This document shows positions 34,272 to 47,054 of a DNA stretch of 64,000 nucleotides, piece by piece; the first letter of the stretch is position 1; each line of letters opens with the position of its first letter. This DNA comes from Anaeramoeba ignava BMAN (lineage: Eukaryota > Protista > Anaeramoebae). Made by a program: the position numbers and the translations under genes. The notes beneath the pieces are model-generated. The model was not told where the DNA came from, did not search any database, and was given only the letters and a program-made list of their open reading frames with translations. The stretch covers positions 682,001-746,000 of the forward strand of contig JAPDFW010000136.1 of assembly GCA_028826165.1 (NCBI GenBank), given 5' to 3'.

Positions 34272-36128
34272 TCAATTACAAAAATCGGATATTTTCCTAT
34301 GTTTTCCATTTCTGAATGCATTAATTGTATTATAACACATTAAAATAGTACTTATAGAAATTGCAATAGCAAAAGTAAATAAAATCAAAGCTGCTTTTTT
34401 ATATTTTTTAACTAAATAATTCAAGTAAATTTTTCCAATAGGAAATGCAATGAAAGTAATTCCAAAAAACCAGAATCCTTTAGCATATGGAACTAATCCA
34501 AGAATAAGGAATTGAATTGATGTTGAAGCTGATGTGAATAAAACAACTAATGCTGTTGTTGCTGTTAAAACTTGTGGTTCAACTTTCATTTCAACTAAAA
34601 CAAATGTGATAACTGTTCCTGCTCCTATTCCAAGCATTCCTGCAAGAAATCCATTTAAAAAGCAAACAACAGAAAACCCAAAGATCATTACTTTTCTCCA
34701 ATAGATATCTCCTTTCTTTTAATTAAGTAAAAAAGTTAAAAAATTTCAATTCCACTTTTTGTTCCACTTTTTTTTGTAATTTCAAAAAATATTATTAAAT
34801 ACTTACAAGATTTGGGAAATCAATTCTTTCTTTCTTTTGGGTTTTGTTTAATAATAACTTTCCAATATAAATTGTTAATAAAATGTTTATTGGTACTGAT
34901 AAAAACATAACAACCCAAAATGAAGGTGAACATTTTTTAATTCCAACTAAACTTTCTTTTGAGTTTCCTCCTTTAGCCAAAGAAATTACAAATATAATCA
35001 ACCAAACAATAATTATTAAAAATAATCTTTGTGATCCAATTTTTTCTTCACTTTTCTTCATTTTTTCAATTTCTTGATCTGAACTAAAATGTAAATTAGG
35101 TCTTAATCTTGGTTGTTCAATTTGAAACTCATCAAAATCGAGGAATGTCCGATTTTGATAGATATCTTGATAAAGATCTTGATTTTCATTATTATTTTCA
35201 TTATTTTTTTCATTATTATTTTCATTATTATTTTCATTATTATTTTCATTATTATTTTCATTATTATTTTCATTATTTTTTTCTAATAATCCTTTTGTTT
35301 CATCATTATCACTATCATTATCATCTTCATCAAATTCTTCAAAATCCATCCAATTAGAATTTTTAATTTTAAAAACTTGATCATTGGAATTAGAACTTAA
35401 TTTATCATTTTCATTTTCATTTTCATTTTCATTTTGATTTTGATTTTGATTTTGATTTTCATTTTCATTTTGATTTTGATTTTGATTTTCATTTTCATTT
35501 TCATTTTGATTTTCATTTTGATTTTCATTTTGATTTTCATTTTGATTTTCATTTTGATTTTGATTTTGATTTTGATTTTCATTTTGATTTTCATTTTGAT
35601 TTTGATTTTCATTTTGATTTTCATTTTGATTTTGATTTTCATTTTCATTTTGATTTTGATTTTCATTTTGATTTTCTTTTCTTCAAGTTCTTTTTTTCTT
35701 TCTTTATTTTCCAATTTATATTTTGCAATAGCTCTCAAAGTAGAACGATAAGAAATAACAAGTAAAAGAATAAAAAGAAGGCCTTCATCAAGCCATTCAG
35801 GAAGAAGAACATTAGCCAAAACACCAATAACAGTACCAGCAAGAGTCATTGGTTGTGAAAGAAGAGCAATATCATAATCAATAAGAGGACGATTTGCTTG
35901 AGGATGTTTTTTACGAGCATTAACAAATAAAACGGTTATTGCTCCTCCAAAAATTGCGAAATTTGATAACGGAACCGCTTCTGTTGATGATAAACGAAGA
36001 ACTAAATAAAATATTCCAACAAATAATACTCCTCCTCCAATTCCTGCTCCTGCTGCCAAAAGTGAAAAGAAAGCAATCAAAATTGAACCAACTATAAATA
36101 AACCTGAAAAATGAATTGAATCATTCAT
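34272..36128 (-). CDS. Sulfite exporter TauE/SafE family transporter, paralog 2. Intron 34716-34806; apparent frameshift at the start of the NQ/NE repeat ~35670
   Basis: Same motifs and same intron position as paralog 1; ORF pieces 35397-36197, 34795-35349 and 34272-34688. Confidence 0.85.
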
Positions 36129-36254
36129 TGTTTTTTTATTCTTAAAAAAAAGAAAAAAAAGAAAAAAAGAAAAGAAAAAATGAATTAATTTTTCCAAAAG
36201 AAACCAAAAAAAAATATTTGTGAAAAAACTGAAAAAAAAAATTTTTTCGTTCGT

Positions 36255-37583
36255 TTAATTTGATTTATTGTTTGGCAAATAAATTTCAACGCAATCAATT
36301 TCAAAAACAACTGATCCTGCAAAAAACTTTCTTGCTTGCTCTGAAAATGGTGAAATGCCTAAAGGGGCTTGATAATACCAACCAAAGTAATTAGAATTTC
36401 CTTTTTTAAAATTTCCATAAATCAAAAGATCCCAATTTCCAAAATAGGGACCAAATTTATCCACGTAACGAATAGCACATTGTTGATATCCCAAGTTGAT
36501 CGGAAATTTTTGAGGTGGAAATTCTTCTGGATTTTTTAATGTGAATAAAAATGCTTTTTCATCTGTAATTGAACCAGATACAAGTGATGAATCCCATTCA
36601 TCTTGATCTTCCCATCCAACTGAAGTAAATCCTCCAAAAACAAAATTATTTTCTGATTTAATTATCACTAATGTTGATCCTTTTTTATCACAAATTTCAT
36701 GGAATTTTTGTGCTGAACATTCTTGTTTTTGACTTGAAAATGTTAGTTTCATTGATTGGAAAAAATTTGGATCAATCCATTTTTTTAAATTGAGATAATA
36801 TTCATAATTAGTGATTATTTTTGAATCTCCAAATATTTCTTCCATTTCTTTTTTATTATTTTCATTTATTGAAATATTGTTTTGATTTTGATTTTGATTT
36901 AAATTTTGATTTTGAATTTGATTTTGAATTTGATTTTGATTTTGATTTTGATTTTGATTTTGATTTTGAATTTGATTTTGATTTTGAATTTGATTTTGAT
37001 TTTGATTTTCAATTTGATTTTCATTTTGATTTTCATTTTCATTTTGATTTTGATTTAAATTTTGATTTTGATTTTGATTTTCATTTTGATTTTGATTTTG
37101 ATTTTGATTTTCAATTTGATTTTGATTTTCAATTTGATTTTGATTTTGATTTTGATTTTCAATTTGATTTTGATTTTTATTTTGATTTTGATTTTGATTT
37201 TGAATTTGATTTTGATTTTGATTTTCAATTTGATTTTGATTTTCAATTTGATTTTGATTTTGATTTTCATTTAAATTTTGATTTTCATTTTCAATTTGAT
37301 TTTCAATTTGATTTTCATTTTGATTTAGATTTTGATTTTCATTTTGGTTTTGATTTTGATTTTGAATTTGATTTTGATTTTGAATTTGAATTTGATTTTG
37401 AATTTGATTTTGATTTTGATTTTCATTTAAATTTTCAATTTGATTTTGATTTTCAATTTGATTTTGATTTATATTTTGATTTTCATTTAAATTTTGATTT
37501 TGATTTTGATTTTCATTTAAATTTTCAATTTGATTTTGATTTTGATTTTGATTTTGATTTTGATTTTCATTTAAATTTGACAT
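36255..37583 (-). CDS. TLDc-domain protein with a ~240-aa N/Q/E low-complexity N-terminus
   Basis: FHEICDKKGSTLVIIKSENNFVFGGFTSVGW..AFLFTL..FGPYFG..EIDCVEIY. Confidence 0.88.
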   Translation of the reverse strand: MSNLNENQNQNQNQNQNQIENLNENQNQNQNLNENQNINQNQIENQNQIENLNENQNQNQIQNQIQIQNQNQIQNQNQNQNENQNLNQNENQIENQIENENQNLNENQNQNQIENQNQIENQNQNQIQNQNQNQNKNQNQIENQNQNQNQIENQNQIENQNQNQNQNENQNQNQNLNQNQNENENQNENQIENQNQNQIQNQNQIQNQNQNQNQNQNQIQNQIQNQNLNQNQNQNNISINENNKKEMEEIFGDSKIITNYEYYLNLKKWIDPNFFQSMKLTFSSQKQECSAQKFHEICDKKGSTLVIIKSENNFVFGGFTSVGWEDQDEWDSSLVSGSITDEKAFLFTLKNPEEFPPQKFPINLGYQQCAIRYVDKFGPYFGNWDLLIYGNFKKGNSNYFGWYYQAPLGISPFSEQARKFFAGSVVFEIDCVEIYLPNNKSN

Positions 37584-37669
37584 GATTTTTAAAGAAAAGA
37601 AAAAAATGAAAAAAATGAAAATTATTTGAAAGAAAATTTTTTAATTTTTTGTTTTTTAATTTTTGTTTT

Positions 37670-39408
37670 TTAATTTGAATAATTTAAAAAAAAGAATAAA
37701 AAAAGAATAATCAAAAAAAACAAGAAACAAATGAAAAACATCTTTTTTTTATTTTTGGGATTTTTATTCTCATTTCCGTTTTTAATCTCTTCTTTTTGTA
37801 AATGATCTTTTTTAGATTTACTTTTTTTGTTTTCTTGTTTCTTTTTCTTTTTCATTTTTTCCATTAACAATTTATCAATTTGATTTTTTAATCCACATCG
37901 AGAATTAAGAATATAAAAATCTTCTGCTTCTTCAAGTTCATTTAAAATTTTAACAGATAAATTTTGATCCAATTTTCCCAAATATAAAAACTTAATCAAT
38001 TGATTCAAAGATTCAAAACTTTTTTCAGTATAATCATTAACTTGATTACTATTATCATTTGTAACAAAAGAAAACATTGAATAAAAAAGTCCACTTTTTG
38101 CCATCAAAATGAATTTATGAGCTTTAATACTTTTTTTGTGACATATAATCTTAAATGTTTTTGAATTTTCATCTTGATATAATTTTTCGAATAATTCTTG
38201 ATTCAAATACATTTCTTTTTTTGCTAATCCAAAATTGTTCCACATTTGTTTAGCTTCAAGTGGATTTTCTGAAATTCCTGAATAAACAAAACTTAAAAAA
38301 TTTGTCACTTTTTTCTCATTTTCTTCTTTTAATTTCATAATAATTTCTTCAAATTTCTCTCCAAATCTCCATTCTAATAAATCTTTATGTGCAAAAATTT
38401 CTTTTTCTTTTTCTTTTGTGGGAATTTTAAAATCTCCACTTTCTTCTACATTTTCGAAAAAATTATAAAAATCTAAGAAAAAAGAAAATTCTCTTTCAAT
38501 TTGATCTCGATAATTTCTATTGATAATAAAATCAATTGGTCGAAGATTCTTTTAAATTATTTTTTTTCAATTATTTCTTTTAAATTATTTCAATCACTTT
38601 GAAAAAATATTTACAGACTAAAGAAAAATAAAAATAAAAATAAAAATAAAAATAAAAATAAATATAAATTTACTTTCTAAAAAAAGAAAAGAAGAAAAAA
38701 TAATTGATTAATTTTTTTGGATTATAAAAATCATTTTCTGTTTTATTTAATATAATTACATTCTCAAAAAAAGGATTTGCCCCATAATTTAATAATAAAC
38801 GAATAATTTTTTCATCTTCTGTATGTGAACAGGCATAATGTAATGGTGTACTTGACTAAAATAAAAATATTTTAATAATCCAAAAAAAAAAGAACAAAAT
38901 TAAATTAAATTACAAACTATTTCAAATAAAAATAAAAACAAAAATTATTGATTTTAAAAAGAAAAATTTAGAAATAAAATTATAATAAAACAATTTTACA
39001 ATCTAAATCAAATAAATAAAATTGATTTTTAAAAAGAAAAATTTGATTTAATAAAAAAAAAAAGTATTTAAAAACATCAGTTGAATTTGGATCAGCTCCT
39101 TTTTCTAATAAAATTTTTATATTATTAAATGATTTTTCTTCACAAGCAAAATGTAATTGAGTTCTTTTCTATTTAAAATTAAAATAATAAATAAATAAAA
39201 CGTATTTTTTAATTTTAAATTTTTTTACAAACTAAATTTTGTTTAAATTATTGGAAAAAAACAAAAAAAAAAGATTAATTGATTTTTGTTTTATTAATTT
39301 TTATCTTTTTACAATCTATAAAAAAAAATGATTTTTTGTTTTGTTTTGTTTTTGTTTTAAAAGAAAAGAAAAGAAAAATTGTTTTACATCATCAATTTCT
39401 TCATCCAT
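37670..39408 (-). CDS. Ankyrin-repeat + tandem BTB protein with a C-terminal TM anchor and six 3-nt microexons. Exons: 39408-39388, 39315-39313(I), 39231-39229(F), 39168-39076, 39002-39000(I), 38916-38914(F), 38855-38760, 38676-38674(K), 38617-38615(S), 38548-37670 (368 aa)
   Basis: Nine phase-0 GT..AG introns of 56-83 nt. Product: MDEEIDD|I|F|KRTQLHFACEEKSFNNIKILLEKGADPNSTD|I|F|SSTPLHYACSHTEDEKIIRLLLNYGANPFFEN|K|S|NLRPIDFI.., then BTB (GDFKI..AHKDLLEWR), BTB (AHKFILMAKSGLFYSMF) and ..MFFICFLFFLIILFLFFFLNYSN*. Confidence 0.92.
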
Positions 39409-39601
39409 TTTTAAAGGAAAAAAAAATGAAAGGAAAAAAATGAAAATTAAATTTTTTTTTTTTGGATTTTTTTTTTGCTTTCATTTCATTTTTTTTAAAA
39501 GGAAAATATTAAAAAAAAATATAAAAAAAAAAAGAATACAAATCTTTCTTTTTGTTTTTTAAGTGATTAAATTTGAAAAATTATTTGAATAGAATTTAAA
39601 A

Positions 39602-42600
39602 TTAATTTAATAAAGAATTTAATAATTTTGTTAAAGCAATTTGTAAAGATTCATCTTCTTTTGGTTGAATTTCTTCTTTTTTAAAAAATAACATTCTATA
39701 TTCTTTTGAATATTCATCTTTATCATCTTCTTGGTGAAATCTATTAAAGCTTCTTTCAAGAAAATTATCAACTTCACTTGGAAGAGGAAGGAATGAGAAT
39801 GATTTTGCTTGAAATTCAGGTGAATTTATAACTAAAAAATGAAATAATTCTTCGGATTGAAATACAATATCTTTGTTCATCCAAAAATTTAAAAATCTAA
39901 TACAATCGATAATATCTTCATATTCCTTTTTGTTCCAAATAAAATTATAACTTTCAATAAAGTGTGGTAATATTTTAAGTATTGATATTTTCAATGATGT
40001 ATTTTTTGGATCTGTATATTTTAATAAAGTCATAAAACAATCCAAAATGAATGAAAAATTTAAATTTCCTGGGAATCTTTTTGAGAAAATTTGAAAGGAA
40101 CTTTTAATAAAATCAATATCTGGATTTTGATTTTTGATTTTGATTTTGAATTTGAATTTGAATTTGAATTTGATTTTGATTTTGATTTTGATTTTGATTT
40201 TGATTTTGATTTTGATTTTGATTTTCAATTTGATTTTCATTTTGATTTTCATTTAAATTTAAATTTTGATTTTTGTTTAAATTTTGAATTTGATTTAGAT
40301 TTTGATTTTGATTTTGATTTTGATTTTGATTTTGATTTTGATTTTGATTTTGATTTATATTTTGATTTTGATTTTGATTTTGATTTTGATTTTCATTTTG
40401 ATTTTCATTTTGATTTTCGTTTAAATTTTCATTTTCATTTTGATTTTCATTTTGATTTTTGTTTAAATTTTCATTTTCATTTTGATTTTTGTTTAAATTT
40501 TCATTTTCATTTTGATTTTTGTTTAAATTTTCATTTTCATTTTGATTTTTGTTTAAATTTTCGTTTTTGGTAAATTTGGAAAATACTTTCATAATATCTC
40601 TAACACAACAATCATTACCATCACAAATTGATGAAAAAGAAATTATTTTTGATCTTGCAGAATCTTTTTGACCAGAAACATAAACAATAATACAAATTAA
40701 TAAAATTATCAAAACAATCTTATTATCTTTCAAATGAGAATCTTTATAAAATCCACGAACAAAAGCTTCCAAAAAATTCATTGATAAATCAACTAATGAA
40801 ACATCAGTTAATCCACGAAGTAAAACTTTGGCGATTATAAAGTCAATAGGAATAGTTTTCCCATTTGAATCCTTATATTCCCAAATTGACTGAGAATTTA
40901 CAAATAATTCATAATGTGAAACAATTTCATAATTTTCAAGTTCCAATAAAGATTGAATCAAAATTAATCCTCTTTGAAAATTTTTCACAGTTGAAGAAAA
41001 CAAAAGAGTTGAAGCAACTTGGAAAATAACATTCCATCCAGAATTTTCATCAATTTCTGAAGTGTGAGAAATAACCAAATTCTCAAGAAAATTCATTAAG
41101 CAATCAAAAACATATATTCTGTTCATTTTCAATGACTGAATCAAGCACAAACTTATTCTTTTGATTAAAATTAAATCAAAACGTTGATTGAGTGTAAAAA
41201 ATGTGTAGAAAGAATTAACAGATATCATCTCATCTCCTGTTTTAATTGCCCATGAAAAGGCAATATCAGCCCATTCTTCTCGTAAATTCTTTTTGAAGGG
41301 TTGAAGAATAAGTACAATTTGTTTGATCAATGAGAAGTAATTTTCAGGTAAATTATCAAGTGTGTTTTTTTCAATTTTTGAAAAAGATTTGGAAATTGTG
41401 ATTCGAGTCTCTTCTAAATGGAAATTGGTAAAACTACTTAATTGCTCTTGTAATTTATCATTTGATTCTTCGCTTTTTGTTTTGATGTTATTTTGAATAA
41501 ATTGTTCTGCTTCTTTCATCAATTCATTATTAGTGTCATCATGTTGCAAAACAACAGATCGAATTAAATTAGCCACAATGTTATTTCCAACTTTGCTTCC
41601 AGGATCTTTAACCAATGCATGATGCAAAATCAACGGTAAAAAGTTTGTATTTCTGATCCCATTTTCAAAAATAATTTCTTCGAGAATCATAAACGCCGAT
41701 TCTTCTTGCCGATCTTGAAGATTTTGCTTTTGTTTGAAAAGGAAATCATCTTCCAAATCAATATATTTATGGAATTCTAAAATGGATTGTCCTGTTGGTA
41801 TTTTGTAATCCATTAAATGATCCACAAGAAATCTCAATGAATATCTTGTGTCTATTCTAGAAAGCATCAAGAAAATAGCCTTGATCAAAACAATATTTTG
41901 TTTTTCCAATCCTTGTTGCACAAGCATATTTAGTAAGAAAGTGAATATAGAACCTAAAATTGTTCTTTTCATTTCAATATGTTTTGCTTTTGTTTCTTGT
42001 TTTGGGAAAGTAGCTAAACAACGCCAAAAGGCTTCTAGTTGTTGTGATAGATACATATCTTGGAAATATTCGTTTGATATTAACAAAACAGAGCTTAAAA
42101 TTGATTGGATTTTTGTTTGATTTTCATTTTCATTTTCGTTTTCGTTTTTTGATTTTTTATAATTTAAAAGAAGATGAAAATTTTTGAGAAATGGTTTCAA
42201 TATCTCAATTATTGTCAATTGATATTTGATCGAACTTTTAAAATAGGCCAAATAATTTGTGGTTTCTTTCAAAATGGAAACTGATAATTCTGGTATTTTT
42301 GATGCAATTGTGTTTGCATATGTGATTGATAAATTGTAATAAACATGATAAGAATGAATAGAAATTGAAGATAAAGATACTAAAAATTTCTTCTCAGGAA
42401 CTAAAAGAGGTTCCAAATTTTTATGAGACAAACTAAGCAATAACTCGTGAATCAAGGCACGAATTTGTTCTTCAGGTGAACAAATATGAATGAGAATCAA
42501 TAAAATTATTTTGTATTTGGGTATGTTTTTTGTGACAATCCATTTCTGCCAATCTTTGATTAAATTCTGAATTATAACCTTCAAAAAAACAAGTCCTTTT

Positions 42601-45600
42601 GTTTTGGAGGCATCGTTATCAGACAAAGACTCATATGAATATTTCAAGAAAGAATCAAAATGATTGTTGTTCATTTCCAAGAAAAGAGTCAACGAATCGA
42701 TGATGGACTGATGAATATCTGGTCCAAATTTCAATAAATCAATGATAAACGAAAAAACTTCATTTTCAAAACTTTCGTTATGAAGGGGTCTTATTCTTAG
42801 AAGGAGTTTAAGTGTAATCAACAAATTAACAAGATATTTTTTGTAAGTTCCAGAAATTTCTTTGTTGAGCATATCATTATTACTGTCTTTGAAAGTGAAG
42901 AAAATAAAATGGATAATTGAAGAAATGTTTTCAGCTTTTTTCAAAGAGAAAATTTCTTGTTCAAATACAGGTGAAATCATTTCTTCTTTTGTATTTAGTT
43001 GAGCGATTTCCTGTATTTGTTTATGGGGTGTTAAATTTATATCATCATTTTCTTCAATTTCTTGGTCTTGATTTGGTAATAATTTGGAAAGTTGTTGATT
43101 TGTTAAATTTGTGAGTTTTTCGATGTATGTTCTGAAAATCAAGATTACATCTAATTTGATATCAATTCCACTGTCATGAAAAGGATATTTTTCAGGATTG
43201 CACCAATTGATAAATAAATTTCCAAGAAAATTTTTGATGATGACTGATTCGTAGAGGAATATAGGAGGTAATTTTGGGATTAAATGTGAAACAACTGCAA
43301 TAACATTAGGATTTGTTAAGTGAGTATGCGAATTATCTTCATTTTTGATAGTTCTCCTTTCTTGATTTAGTTCAGATTTTGTGATGTATTGAAACAAAAC
43401 CTCAACAGAGGCAAAATGCAAGGAAGAAATTGCTCTTATTGCTTCTTCTCTATTTTTGGAAATGGGAGATCCAATTAGTTTGTATATTGTCTGGAAAAAT
43501 CTTTCAAACAATTGAGAATGGATATGCTTATCAAAAAGATTGTATTCCACTTTTTCTTTATCCGAAAATTTTTTTTGAGCATTGTTTTGGTTGAGACTTT
43601 CTTGATATTCTTGTCTTTTCTTGTTTCTTTTTGATGGTATTCTTAAAATTGCGCATAAATATTTAAGTTGTGAATAGTAAAATTGTGTTCCAACTGAATT
43701 ACTTTCAAGAAAATATTGACAAGAAGTGTTCCAACACCAAACAAAAGAATAAACAAAATCGTGATAGAAATTATTGATGAAAGAAAAGAGTTTTTGTTCA
43801 TCTCCTGAATCGAGTATTGAAATGAACATATTTGATAAGAAAGGAAAATTTGCTCTTTTTCTTGCAATATAAACGTTTGATTTTTCAATTCCAAATTCTG
43901 TTTCTGTTTCTGTGATTGTTTCTGATTCAGAAAATGATTCAGATTCAGATTCTAAATCGCTAATTATTTGGCTTTGTGAAGATTGGTGAGTTTCATTGTT
44001 TTGTTTTTTGATAATTTTTTCTTGGATTTTATTATTTTGATTTTGAATTTGAATTTGATTTTATTTTGATTTTGATTTTGATTTTGATTTTTATTTTGAT
44101 TTTCATTTTCAATTTGATTTTCATTTTCAATTTGATTTTGATTTTGATTTTGATTTTGATTTTGATTTTCAATTTCATTTTGATTTTTATTTTGATTTTG
44201 ATTTTGATTTTGATTTTGAATTTGATTTTGATTTTCAATTTCATTTTGATTTTGATTCACTAAAGACTCAGGTTGCTTGCGTGATTTAGAAATATTACGT
44301 TTATGCTTTGAAGTATATCTAAATAAAAGATCTTCGAATTCTCGAATCTCATCATAATTCAAAATTGATAATAAACCTGAAATTTCAAATTTGATCCATG
44401 GTTCAGGATGTAAAATCCAAAGAAAACAAGATCCTTGAAATCTGATTCTTAAAGAAACCCATTCAAATAATGTAATACTTGGTTGGAAATTTGTTTTCTT
44501 ATTTTTTAAACTATCATGGAAAGTTGTTAACATAATTCGAACCAATTGAAAGAATTTCAAAAGAGTAGAAAAATTGTCTTGCTGTTTGCTGTTTGCTTCG
44601 ACAAAAAACTTGATGTTCTCAAGCATAGAAAGAATTAAATTAAAAATAACAAGAAAATTCTTCTCGTTTGTATTCTCATCTTCAATAATATAATTTTGTA
44701 GTGTTGCAATAGCTTGATTTGAGATTTCTCGATTTGAATGCAAAGAAAAAGCAACTAAATTTTTGACAATTTGGTCTTGAATTCCTGGGTCTGATGAAGT
44801 GATTGTTGGCGATGTTGTCAAACTCATTGAAAGAAGTGATTCATTAACAGTAGAAGTAAATTTTAGTTGTTTGACAGATCCTGCTCTTTTTTTTCTTCCA
44901 CGAATAGATTGAGAACTTTGTTTTGATGTTTCTTCATTTTTGGGATTTGCTTGGTTATTTACAGAATTTGAAAAAATAGAGGGAAGACCAGAAATGAATT
45001 CAGATGGATATAAAAGATATCTCTCAACAAAAGGAAAGAGAATTTGACTGTGTTTTTTTAATTCATCTTTGCAATTTGCTCGAAGAAATCCTATTGCCTG
45101 AATAATTGCAATTTTGAAATCAGGTCTTAAGTCGTGTATTGATAAATATTCCTTCATAAGTTGAACACAAAACTCCATGTTTTTTGATCCAAGTTCATTG
45201 AAAATATTTGAAATATCTTGAATTTCAATAAAATTTAATGCTTGTATTTTTTTCGATGGATTTTGAAATAATATTGAGATGAATCCTCTTAAAATGTTTA
45301 TAAATTCTGTCATATTTTCTTTAGAGGATATGAGTTTTTGATCAATTTTTGAAATGAAGTCAGCAAAAACTTTGAGAGATTTTATGCGAATGCTTTCATT
45401 TTTCCTAATTACAATTATAGCTAATAAGAAAACATCCTTAAGTTTGTTTATCCAATTAGTTGAAAATTTAATAAATTGAGGAGTATTTATATCAGAAATA
45501 TTTTGATTTTGATTTTGATTTTGGTTTTGATTTCCAATGTTTTTCTCTAATTTTTCTTTATCAATTTTTGAAATTTTTGTCAAGGATGATTTTTTTGGAT

Positions 45601-46975
45601 TTAAAAAAAATGATTGATCCAATAATACAAGTTGAATCAAACTTCCAAGACAAAGCAAAAAATGTTTTGTTTTGCGAGTCCATAATAATAAAATTTGATA
45701 AAAATTGTCGAAATGATGAGAAATTTGTTGAAACAATTCAGGGTTTTTTAAAGCAAGATTTTGTAATCTTTCTCTCATAATTGTTTGATTTTCTCCATTC
45801 GGAATAATTTTTTGAAAAATTGATGTTATTGAATTGCAAGCTTTTAATCTATGAATTCCTCTGTCAATTTTTTTAATATATGCATAATAGAAATCCATAA
45901 ATTTAATTGTGATTTGAGCTCTTTCTACAGATTCAACTCCGAAGTGCAAATCATTAAATATTCTTTCATAAGTAACAATTTCTCTTGAAGGTTTTGATAG
46001 TGTTTCTTTTTGAAATAATTGAAGAATAAAATCCAAATGATTTTCATTGATTGAAAGAATTGATAAACATTTTGAAGCCATATAACGAACAGCTATTTTT
46101 CAATGAATTTTTATTGAAATGAATTTTTATTGAAATGAATTTTTATTGAAATGAATTTTTATTGAAATGAATTTTTATTGAAATGAATTTTTATTGAAAT
46201 GAATTTTTATTGAAATGAATTTTTATTGAAATGAATTTTTATTGAAATGAATTTTTATTGAAATGAATTTTTTTACCAATTGTATTCACATAATCCATAT
46301 TTTTCAAAATAACATCAATTAATTGTTCAGGAACTGATTCAATAATTTTCATTTTATCAGTTTGATTTAAATAAAATAAACAGTCGTATAATGTTTGTAA
46401 AACAAAAAATCTAGAAGATTCATCATAATGATCCTAAAATAAAAATTAAAAATTAAAAAATTAAATTAAAAAATTAAATTAAAAAAATTAAATTAAAAAA
46501 TTAAATTTACTTCAATTGTTTCAACAGGATCTGAAGTTGAAGGAAGTGATACTTTTTGTATATTTTTATGCATTTTCTTTTTTTGATCCAGAATTAATGA
46601 TTCAATATTTAAAATTGGAAGAATTTCAGATACAATAAAATTTAAATGAGTTAAAGAACCTCTTATTAATTTTGATTGAAGGATTTTTAATTTTTTATTT
46701 ATAATTTCTTTTGTAATATTTCTATCAATCTAAATTTTTGAAAAGAAAAAAATTGAAAAAAAAAAATTTATTTGCTTTTTTGTTTTTTGTTTTTTTTTAA
46801 AACAAACAATATCAGATCTTTCTGTAATTAAAGGGAATTTTAATCTTATTGTTGGTGTTAATTCATCTGATTTAAAAATTGGGATTTCTGCAATTAAACA
46901 TTCTTTAATATAAAGTAATGCTCCAAATTGTGTAATTAAATCTTGATAAATTTCTTGTTGAGTTGAGTTTTGCAT
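39602..46975 (-). CDS. Furry/Tao3/Mor2-like giant HEAT/ARM scaffold protein. Introns 46730-46807, 46434-46510, 46093-46276; apparent frameshifts in NQ repeats (~44050, ~40130)
   Basis: Contiguous long ORFs 43964-46081, 40113-43829 and 39602-40252. LREEWADIAFSWAIKTGDEMISVNSFYTFFTL resembles the conserved MOR2-PAG1 C-terminal motif. Confidence 0.65.
46105..46272. repeat. Intronic near-perfect 16-bp tandem repeat ATTGAAATGAATTTTT, ~10 copies
   Basis: Direct reading; fills intron 46093-46276. Confidence 0.95.
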
Positions 46976-47054
46976 TTAAAAAAATTGAGAAAAAAAATGA
47001 AAAAATGAAAAAAATGAAATTAAAATTTTTTTTCATTTTTTTCTTTTTTCAAAA

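Noticed and set aside
38549-39387. AG-NNN-GT units as chance motifs or recursive-splicing ratchet points
   Set aside because: Ratchet points are zero-length (AG|GT). These units occur at every ankyrin junction, are always a multiple of 3, never encode stops, and restore canonical repeat spacing.
5395-44060. Frameshifts in the PH, PHD, TauE and Furry-like genes as programmed frameshifting or pseudogenes
   Set aside because: All fall in homopolymers or microsatellites with intact flanking frames, so long-read indel error is the simpler explanation. Needs read-level checking.
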